Position numbers and translations under genes: made by a program. DNA of 63,932 nt, the filler included, from Octopus bimaculoides (Eukaryota): NCBI RefSeq assembly GCF_001194135.2. It is 5 parts of 4 records of this genome, joined end to end, with 100 filler letters (N's around TTAATTAATTAA, not from the genome) between each part and the next. Parts side by side here need not be neighbours in the genome. Positions count along the whole stretch, not along the records: positions 20,626 to 41,223 come from NC_068992.1; 4 more parts are not named here. The stretch is one strand, 5' to 3'. Position 1 is the first letter of the stretch; every line of letters begins with the position of its first letter. The notes under the pieces are model-generated. The model saw only the letters and a program-made list of their open reading frames with translations. It did not search any database and was not told the DNA's origin. Shown here one piece after another: positions 26,000 through 35,329 of this stretch.

Positions 26000-26170
26000 A
26001 GATGTATCACAGTGCCTGAAGCTCAAGGTGTGATTATTGAACCTGGCCTTGAAATTACCCTCTGTAAGGCTCACGTATTTCTTCCTCGAAACAGTGTCCT
26101 TGGTAGATATAGAGTCTACGGTGGCTTCGTAAATGATGGTCTCGGACATGCAAGCTCCATTTTTATCCCT
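26000..26170 (-). mobile_element. Penelope-like element GIY-YIG endonuclease fragment
   Basis: IIYEATV...KKYVSLTEGNFKARFNNHTLSFRH matches the PLE pattern IY.A.V...YIG.TE..FK.R..NH..SF. Confidence 0.75.
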
Positions 26171-26403
26171 GCATAAACAGCTGGTTTCATTTTGTGGTTT
26201 CTGTGTGTCGTGTGCGATTATATATTTGGCGTAAGTGTATGTATGGACATGCGCGCTTACGCGATTACTATAAACATTTTTTCTGCCTTACTTTTACTCC
26301 CTTCCCGTACTTAGCGGTCATTCTAATAGCTCTTTTGTCTTAAAAACGGTGAATCACACAGTAATTTACCTTTGTTTAACGGTCATTTTCATAGCATTCT
26401 TTT

Positions 26404-26480
26404 CGATGGCCCGATAACTGAAGAGATGCCGTGGGTTTCCGCCCCGACATCCGAAACTCGGAGTTTTATCATGGCTACCG
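26404..26480 (+). ncRNA. Type-I hammerhead ribozyme, catalytic core intact, GUU cleavage triplet
   Basis: GATAA-CTGAAGA(26418-24)-helix II GATG/CATC-GAAA(26453-56)-helix III ACT/AGT with CGG loop-T(26465)-TTATC. Helix I extends via GGCC/GGCT after an internal loop. Confidence 0.8.
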
Positions 26481-27483
26481 AATAGATGTCACATATTATA
26501 TATATATATATATATATATATNNNNNNNNNNNNNNNNNNNNNNNNNNNNNNNNNNNNNNNNNNNNNNNNNNNNNNNNNNNNNNNNNNNNNNNNNNNNNNN
26601 NNNNNNNNNNNNNNNNNNNNNNNNNNNNNNNNNNNNNNNNNNNNNNNNNNNNNNNNNNNNNNNNNNNNNNNNNNNNNNNNNNNNNNNNNNNNNNNNNNNN
26701 NNNNNNNNNNNNNNNNNNNNNNNNNNNNNNNNNNNNNNNNNNNNNNNNNNNNNNNNNNNNNNNNNNNNNNNNNNNNNNNNNNNNNNNNNNNNNNNNNNNN
26801 NNNNNNNNNNNNNNNNNNNNNNNNNNNNNNNNNNNNNNNNNNNNNNNNNNNNNNNNNNNNNNNNNNNNNNNNNNNNNNNNNNNNNNNNNNNNNNNNNNNN
26901 NNNNNNNNNNNNNNNNNNNNNNNNNNNNNNNNNNNNNNNNNNNNNNNNNNNNNNNNNNNNNNNNNNNNNNNNNNNNNNNNNNNNNNNNNNNNNNNNNNNN
27001 NNNNNNNNNNNNNNNNNNNNNNNNNNNNNNNNNNNNNNNNNNNNNNNNATATATATATATATATATATACCTGAAATTGAATATTTTGAATTTCTAAAGG
27101 CAGTGGACCCTTTCAGAATATTTCTTGGTAATTCCAAAGTTTGAAAGCAATAGATTCCTAACATAAAAATATTTTCTCCAAGAAGAAGTAAGCTTCACGT
27201 GCATAAAACAGGTTCATAATTGCCTACCAATTTAAACATTTCTTAATATACATACGCAAAAATATCTTTATATAAGTTCCGCCAAAATAATTACACTTCG
27301 CCTTATGTGCATATAAATATACATACATTCACACATATATATATACATACATACATGCACATACATATATATATATTAAACATATACTAAATATATATAT
27401 ATATTTATGTATATATAAGTATATATATACATGCATATATATGTAAATATACATATATAAATAACTATACATATATACATGTA

Positions 27484-27649
27484 CGTTAGGGGAATAATAA
27501 TAATAATGGAATGCCCCTCCCACGTGACGAGTGGTATGTCATAGTCGTTAGAAATACTGTGACGTCGGGAAGTCGGGGGAGGTTGGTCATAGACAGTCGT
27601 ATCTTATTTGTTTAATTAACTATTTGTTGTGCCAGAGTGGACGTTAAAA
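27484..27649 (+). mobile_element. 5' LTR of a Ty3/gypsy element, followed by PBS-like TGGTGTGA
   Basis: Homologous to 29910-30100 (gggg.ataat..taataatgg, gtgacgtcgg, ggtcatagac.gtcgta.tctta, ccagagtgg.cgtta). Confidence 0.75.
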
Positions 27650-27759
27650 TGGTGTGATTTTGGATCACAACAGAGAATTAACAAACTCACGAGGATTAAA
27701 AAACTCTCAAGGAGTACGAAACTCACAAAAGGTTTTGTGAGAATTTTACGTTATACAAT

Positions 27760-28850
27760 TATGGAAGATTTGTAGGCCGGTTTGCTCGATTTGCAGAAAC
27801 AGGAAAAAAAAGACTGCAGAAACAAAAGCAGAAACAGCAGCTGCAGTGACAACAACAACGGCAACTTCAGGAACAACAGCAGCAGCTTCTGCTGCCGGAA
27901 CGGCAACAACATCAACAATTACTACAGCAAGAACAACAATGGCATTTACTATTACAGCAACAACAACTGCAAGAACAACAACAATTACTATTATAACAAC
28001 AAATGCTGCAATTAATGAATAGTAAGTCATCTAAAAATGCTGGAAACGTGTTCTCGCCGGATTGTGTTGCAAACTCAATAATGAAATTTAAGCATGGACC
28101 AGACGAAGGAGTTACCTTCGTGTCGTACCACAGAAAATATGAACAGATCTTCGATAAAGCGTGCAAAAATTGGGATGATTATATGAAAACGCGTTCAATC
28201 CTAAGAAAACTGTCAACAGGAGAACATGAGCGTTACACCGATTACGTACTCCTGCAAAAAACCTGACATAAATTTTAGAAATACAATAGATATATTGTAT
28301 AAAATTTTAGCGAGAAAAGATCGCTGTTTAATATACGCTGGAAATGTTTGAAACTAGAAAAGAACAACGAGGAGGACTGCAACACATATGTTGGTAGAGT
28401 TAAAAGGGAATAGGAAAATCTCAAGCTGGATGAAGACCATATAAGACCATATATGTTCAAGTACCTGATATTTACTTAGAGACTAAGTGCGGAGAAAGAT
28501 GCAGAAGTAAGAACAAGAATTCTTGCTAATCTGGAACAAAACCAAGCAATAAGCGTCAGAAGAATATGAAAGAATAGTAAATGTAAGACACGATACAGAG
28601 AAAACTGAACATAAAGAATGCTCTCGAGTGAAACAAGTGCGAAACAAACAGAAGAGAAATCAAGTGTGAACTAAAATACAGTGCAAATAGGACAAGAAGC
28701 AGGAGAAAGAAAACCCATGTTTTGCCCGTGGAGTTCTAGACCCGAGGAAAAACTGTCCATTTAAGAAAGTGAAATGTTTCCGTTGTGGAAAAATTGGACA
28801 CATAAAAACGCACTGTAAAACCAAAACGACAAAACGTTGGAACATAGAAA
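27760..28850 (+). pseudogene. gypsy gag remnant with poly-Q N-terminus and double CCHC knuckle
   Basis: GPDEGVTFVSYHRKYEQIF...WDD..K...LRKLSTGEHERY, DAEVRTRILANLEQ and PCFARG..PRKNCPFKKVKCFRCGKIGHIKTHCK. Confidence 0.85.
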
Positions 28851-28864
28851 AAGGAAAAGAGAAA

Positions 28865-29620
28865 ATTGTAAATGTGAAAATTGATATTATATTGGTTACA
28901 GATATGAGTGATTACGGTGTAGGATCCGTGCTTCTGCACAAATATGATGATGGCAGTAAAAAGGCTATAGCGAAACCAAGACTTACACCTATACTCAATA
29001 TGTGATGGTGTACTAATGTATGCACAGAGAATAGTGATACCTGAAACATTACAAAATGAAAATGTAGAGGGAATTTCATATTGGTATTTCGAGGATGAAA
29101 GCTGGATAGAGAAATCGAAAGTTTAGTAAAAATCTGTAAGCAGAAAAATTACCGACGATAAAAAGTGAACTTTGGCCAAAAGTAGACGTTCCGTGGTCGA
29201 GACGACGCATCGACTTCGCTGGTTCTTTAAACAGTTCATACTGTTGATAGTTTCTCTAAATGACCAGAAATCTGTAAGTGTAAAGAACCATCCTCTTCAA
29301 CGGTGACAAATGTTTTACATGAGCTGTTTGCGAAATTTGACATCAAAAACGCGATAGTATCTGACAATGGAACGTAATTTCTGACTTTTAAACTAAAAAT
29401 GCTCTGTAAAACGTTCGCTGTAGAACATGCAACTACAGCGCCATACCATCCCAGATCTAACGGACAAGCAGAACGCTTTGTCGATACGTTGAAGAGAGCC
29501 TTAAGAAAGTCGAATAAAGAAGTCACGGATAAGGTAGCTCTACAATATTTCTGAAGTGTATATTTAGTAAAAAGTAGAAAAGGCGTATACAAGAGACACA
29601 TGAACCAACTGAAAAAAAAG
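28865..29620 (+). pseudogene. gypsy pol remnant: start of RNase H fused by deletion to integrase
   Basis: IILVTDMSDYGVGSVLLHKYDDGSKKAIA, then IVSDNGT*F and HATTAPYHPRSNGQAERFVDTLKRAL. Confidence 0.9.
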
Positions 29621-29909
29621 ATTCGTTGAGAGCAAACCTAAGAAAATGGAAGAACCAATGGAATGGTTATATGATACTTTTCAAGTACCAACACCACTAC
29701 AAATAATTGAACCCAGGCGGACAGGCGTAGGAAAAAGAAAATGTACGGACTTCCTGGAAGTGGACGCCAAACGGAAAAAAATATTAAATGTGTAACTAAG
29801 AAAAAATAAATTCAAACAAAGTGGTGGGGGTGATATAAAAAGTGTTGCTTTTAAAAGAGATAAAATAATGACACTCCCTAAGAAAAAAAGAGAAACTTAC
29901 AAGGGAAGA

Positions 29910-30100
29910 CGTTGTGGGGATAATAGTAATAATGGTATACCCCACCCATGTAACGAATGATATGTGATGGTCACTATAAATAAGGTGACGTCGGACACTA
30001 TAAAGAGAGAGTATGAAGTAGATGGTCATAGACGGTCGTAGTCTTACTTGTGTTACTAACTTACTAACTGTACTGTTATACCAGAGTGGGCGTTATAACA
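29910..30100 (+). mobile_element. 3' LTR preceded by a purine tract (aagggaaga)
   Basis: Homologous to 27484-27649; ends in ..ATAACA. Confidence 0.75.
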
Positions 30101-31025
30101 ATCCGACATTAAAGATTACAGCAGCTACAGATGCGAGTGATTGCAGTGTATAGGCCGTTCTTCTGCACAAATATGACGATGGGAGTAAAAAGGCTATAGC
30201 CCATCCCTAGTGATCATTGTTACTTGCAGAAAGGAACTCCAGCCAAAATATAAAAGGAAGCGTTAGCATCAAATACGGTGTGAATAAATTCTATAGATTT
30301 ATTCATAGAAGAAACTTGTCTACAAACCGATCATCGCCCACTACAGTCGATATACGTTTCTAAAACAACGAATGCCAACACACACAACGAATAGACCACA
30401 GTGATGTAGTACTTCATTATTGAATTATGATTGCAAAATGTAATACTTACTGTCAAAAAAAAACAAAAAAAACTAGGGCATGTGGATAGCTTGTCCAGAC
30501 TGATACCGAAACAATGCGAACCATTCGAAAACACGGTAATCGCAGCATTCAGATCAGAAGGAGAAATAAAATATATTATGTCGAATGCAGTACACGAATT
30601 ACCGGTAATCCTAGACGACTGAAAGAGAAATGCAGAAAAGGAGAGATTCATAACAGAACTGAAATGAATACTGTGGACAAGAAAAATAAATAGGAAGAAG
30701 ATTGTTGCGAAGCGAAACCAAGACATGAATCTATACTCAATTTCCAATGGGATACTGATGTATGCACAGAGAGAGTAATACTTGAAACACTGTAAACGAA
30801 AATGTTGAGAGAATTCTCTTTTGGACTTCCTGATATTTCGAGGATGAAAGCTTTAATGCGTAGCTACGTGTACTGGCCAAAAATGGATAGAGAAATCGAA
30901 AATTTAGTGAAAGGCTGCAGAGAATGTGCTCTTGAAGCAAAATTACAGACGATAAAAAGTGAACCTTGGCCACAAGTAGACGTTCCGTGGTCGAGACTAC
31001 TCATCAATTTCCCTGGTCCCTTTCT
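30101..31025 (+). pseudogene. Second gypsy pol fragment (RNase H, integrase Zn-binding domain, start of core)
   Basis: ATDASD..V*AVLLHKYDDGSKKAIAH, QTDHRPL, GHVDSLSRLIP, SRMKALMRSYVYWPKMDREIENLVKGCREC and VPWSRLLINFPGP. Confidence 0.9.
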
Positions 31026-31059
31026 ATTAAATAATAATAATAAATAATATATATATAAT

Positions 31060-31290
31060 CATACATGGGGACAGGACGTCACCAACTATGTATACAACAT
31101 GAAATATGTAAGCAAATGAGTTAAATACGTAAACAACGAGAGAAAAATGGAAAACAGGACAAATAAACATAGAGAAAGGAACCTTCATCATTTATCAGCT
31201 GTCTATCTACTCCTGGTTTCGCGCATTCAACGACTCGTTGTTTAGGTATTTAACTCGTTTGGTTACGTATTCATGTTGTTGGCATAGTCG
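31060..31290 (-). mobile_element. pLTR-like repeat (family of 5380-5665) with internal inversion
   Basis: 31092-31157 is inverted at 31236-31280 and again at 32062-32127. The minus strand carries the hammerhead 3' half GAAACCAGGAGTA-GATAGACAG. Confidence 0.6.
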
Positions 31291-31313
31291 GTGATGTTCT
31301 GTACTGATATATG

Positions 31314-31354
<41 letters not shown>

Positions 31355-31357
31355 GCA

Positions 31358-31413
<56 letters not shown>

Positions 31414-31414
31414 C

Positions 31415-31611
31415 TTTATTAAAAAGCAGCAAATTATCACAAAACTGTTACTCAGGTTTTCACGTTTTCGTCGGACAGTTTTGTTTTTTAGAAACAAAAC
31501 TGTCCGACGAACGGGAACGTGAAAATCCGAGTAATAGCTTTTGCGATATTTTTGCTGCTTTTTAATAATGCATATTACTCTAGCTCTGGTGTTCGAGTAC
31601 TATTTTTTTCC
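31415..31611. mobile_element. Fold-back element: about 75-bp inverted arms, each a hammerhead-like fold, plus a conserved tail
   Basis: Arms 31415-31486 and 31492-31568. Tail gcatattactcta..tc.ggt.ttcgagtactattttttcc shared with 47872-48085. Confidence 0.8.
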
Positions 31612-32727
31612 NNNNNNNNNNNNNNNNNNNNNNNNNNNNNNNNNNNNNNNNNNNNNNNNNNNNNNNNNNNNNNNNNNNNNNNNNNNNNNNNNNNNNNNNN
31701 NNNNNNNNNNNNNNNNNNNNNNNNNNNNNNNNNNNNNNNNNNNNNNNNNNNNNNNNNNNNNNNNNNNNNNNNNNNNNNNNNNNNNNNNNNNNNNNNNNNN
31801 NNNNNNNNNNNNNNNNNNNNNNNNNNNNNNNNNNNNNNNNNNNNNNNNNNNNNNNNNNNNNNNNNNNNNNNNNNNNNNNNNNNNNNNNNNNNNNNNNNNN
31901 NNNNNNNNNNNNNNTATATATATATATATATATATATTATTTATTATTATTATTGTATATAAATATACTCATTTTCAGGTCATATTTTAGTTTTTGTTTT
32001 AGAATATTTTTCTATGCAGATTTCAAATGGTCAAAAAATATGGAATCTGTATGGTAATCTTTATTTTCCATTTTTATTTCATTGTTTACGTATTTAACTC
32101 ATTTGCTTACATATTTCATGTTGTATGTCTAATGCTAAATTTGGTCTGGCGTTTATTTTGTTAGAGTTTTTAGCAACTAACATATTTTCAGATGTTCAGT
32201 TAAAATTTCGCCAATTTGGATTACCTTGATAATGTTGTGTTAACATAAATCTTTGTAGATATTATTATTTATGTTGATAGTATTATTTATAGGTACATAT
32301 ATATACACACACTCACATATAGTTGAAAAAGGATTAGAGAGCTATAGAAATCAATTTTTTGTATATAAACGATGCAAGTGGAAATAGCAGAGAAGTATGT
32401 CTAAGACATTTCAGTTTAAGAGGGAATTTAATGAAAAGTTATAAGAAGAAAATATTACCAGTTTCGATGTATCGCATCTTATCAAATATCAGTAAAAATT
32501 TATAAATCTTTGAAGTAAAAATAGGTTATCTTCTGTCTGTGTATGTGTTATTTTTATCCTTTACTTGCTTCAGTCATTTGACTGCACCATGCCAGAGAAC
32601 CGCCTTAAAGATTTTATTTTAGCCAAAAGAATCGACCCTTGTACTTTACGCAAAATATATAGTTCTCCTTCATTTTAGAAAAGTGAAAAGAAAGCTCCAA
32701 AAAAGTTTTATCATGTGGTCTTCTATT

Positions 32728-32904
32728 TCTTTTATTTGTTTCAGTCATTTGACTGTGGCCATCCTGGAGCACCGCATATAGTCGAGCAAATCAACCTCAC
32801 GACTAATTCTTTGTAAGCTTAGTACTTATTCCATCGGTATCTTTTGCCGAACCGCCAAGTTACGGGGACGTAANNNNNNNNNNNNNNNNNNNNNNNNNNN
32901 NNNN

Positions 32905-32979
<75 letters not shown>

Positions 32980-33128
32980 GACGGGCTTCTTTCAGTTTCC
33001 ATCTGCCAAATCCACGCACAAAGCTTTGGTAGGCCCGAGGATATAGAAGAAGACACTGTCCCAAGTTGCCATGGAGTGGAACTGAACCGGGAACCAGTAA
33101 ACACGCTACTTACCACCACACAGCCACT
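32728..33128 (-). mobile_element. Composite SINE S2 (head, microsatellite, tail)
   Basis: 3' half 32728-32872, (CA)n(TA)n, 5' half 32975-33128; same layout at 62641-63258. Confidence 0.85.
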
Positions 33129-33285
33129 CGAAAAGTACTGAAATGTTGAACCATATTCTAAACATTTAGTCTATACTGTTTAAAATTAAAAATTAAAACA
33201 TTCTGGAAAATCAACAATGCCTTCAATTTTCATCTGCTTAAAACACTTTCACCTCTCTATTGCCTGTCTGGTTCTCATTCTTGTA

Positions 33286-33500
33286 CGAGGGAGCGCTGAA
33301 AAGTACGTGGCTCTGAGTAAAAGAATACAGCAGAATCAATTAATTATGATTTTCTGAACATATTCTCTTTTCAGATTCTCACTCTTATTACAGCAGTCTT
33401 TCAGTTTTTCTAAGCTTTGTAAAAGAATTCGGAAGGTTGAGCCTCCGGTCAAGCCTTTTCACGATATCCTTAAACCCAGGTACTTTTCAGCACCCCTTCA
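33286..33500. mobile_element. mariner-derived MITE with TA target duplication
   Basis: Left TA|CGAGGGAGCGCTGAAAAGTACGTGG; right end reverse complement TA|TGAAGGGGTGCTGAAAAGTACCTGG. Confidence 0.8.
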
Positions 33501-33567
33501 TATATGTCTGTCAGTCTCTCTTGACGAGTATTTCTTTAAAATCTACTTTTCTAATTTTTATTTAAGT

Positions 33568-34130
33568 ACGCGGATCGGCTGAGAACTTCATAGTTTGACC
33601 AAAAATACTCTCACAGAATGTGATCAAATGAGATTTATTTTTCAACACAGTCCCTCTTATGGTGTTGTAAGCTTGGACCCCACTGGATCCCATTGCTGAA
33701 GAAGCTTTCATCGTGTTGGTCAAAAAAAGTCACTAGCACTGCGATACTGTTTTCCAGCCAAGTGGCTTTTCGTGTAGGGGTAAAGATGATAATCTGATGG
33801 GGCTAAATCAGAAGAATGGAGAGGGTGATCAACCAGTTCAAAGCAACAGTCACGCACAACTGCCATTGACACCAAAAACGCGTGTGTTGGAGTATTGTCC
33901 TGATGAAACAAGACCCATTTCGCCAGTTTACCTGTGCGTTTGGTCTCCTCGTTGAAGATACCTTTCGTATTCCCTCCAAACATCTGAGGCTATCACTCCC
34001 ACTGCAGATGAAGCGACCATGGACTTCTTTGGAACAGGTGAAGAGGGGTGTTTCCACAATATGGATTATCTCTTTTACTCGGGCTCCAAATGATGAAATC
34101 AACACTCATCTTGGGTTAAGAAAACTTCTA
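33568..34130 (-). mobile_element. mariner (DD34D) transposase C-terminal remnant with TIR
   Basis: GKLAKWVLFHQDNTPTH...DCCFELVDHPLHSSDLAPSDYHLYP. TIR-like tacgcggatcggctgagaacttcatag at about 33566. Confidence 0.9.
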
Positions 34131-34268
34131 GGGAACCAGCTGGGTCTGCCTTACATAATGTCAGATTTCTATAAGTTACTCGCAGACTATATACGTGTAT
34201 GTGTGTATGCATGTATGTGTGTATGCATGTATGTGTGTATGAGTGTCCGTATGTGTATATTTATGTAT

Positions 34269-34353
<85 letters not shown>

Positions 34354-34464
34354 GGAGACAAGATATTTGAATATACTACTTTTATCAAAATACAAAAAAT
34401 AAGAACCAAATGTGCCATCTTCGTGAAATACTCACGTAAAATATTTATCCATCATTAATTTTGA

Positions 34465-35137
34465 TTCAAATTTTGGCACAAGGTCAGAAATTTCGGGGTA
34501 GGGATTAAGTCGAGTACATTAATCCTCGGTGCTCAACTGTTACTTGTTTTATGAACCCCGAAAGGGTGAAAAGCAAAGTCGTTTGCGACGGAATTCGAAC
34601 TCAAAACGTAAAGACAGACGAAATGCTGCTAAACATTTTGCCCTGCGTGTTAACGATTCTGCCAGCTCACCGCCTTATTCATAATAGATATCGGTTTCAA
34701 AATTTGTCACAGGGCCAGTAAGTTCGGAGAAGGAGTGAGTCAATTACATCGACCCTAATGCTTAACTGGTACTTATTTTATCGACTCCAAAAGAATGAAA
34801 GGCAAAGTTGACCGCGGTGGAATTTGAACTCAGAATGTAAACACGGGTGAGATGCTGTTAAGCTTTTTGTCCAGCGTGCTAACGATTCTACCAGCTCGTC
34901 GACTCATCCATTAGGAATATTATTTTCTACTCTATGCTCAAGGCCTGAAAGTTTTGGAGGAGAGGGCCAGTCGATTAGATCAAGACCAGTATACAACTGG
35001 TACTTAATTTATCGTCCGTAAAGGATGAAAGGCAAAGTCATCCTCGATGGAATTTAAACTCAGAACGTAAACACAGGTGAAATGCTGCCAAACATTTTGT
35101 CCGACGTGCTAATGACTCTACCAGCTCGCCGCCTTAT
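34465..35137 (-). mobile_element. Head-to-tail array of three SINE S1 copies
   Basis: Units of about 215 bp at about 34465-34677, 34689-34904 and 34921-35137, each ending on + in ctgccagctc.ccgcct-like heads. Confidence 0.85.
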
Positions 35138-35329
35138 CCATTATAAATATTAACACTTACAGATAAAAGCTGTTAAAGTTATAGAATAATCAGAAAGGAT
35201 AAACTATTACAAGAAAGCGAGAGAGCGAGCGAGAGAGAGAGAGAGAGAGAGAGAGAGTGTGTGTGTAAGAGGAGAGAAATGAAGAACTAAGAGAGGAGGG
35301 AGAAAATGTTGAAAGAGGGAAAGACAGGA

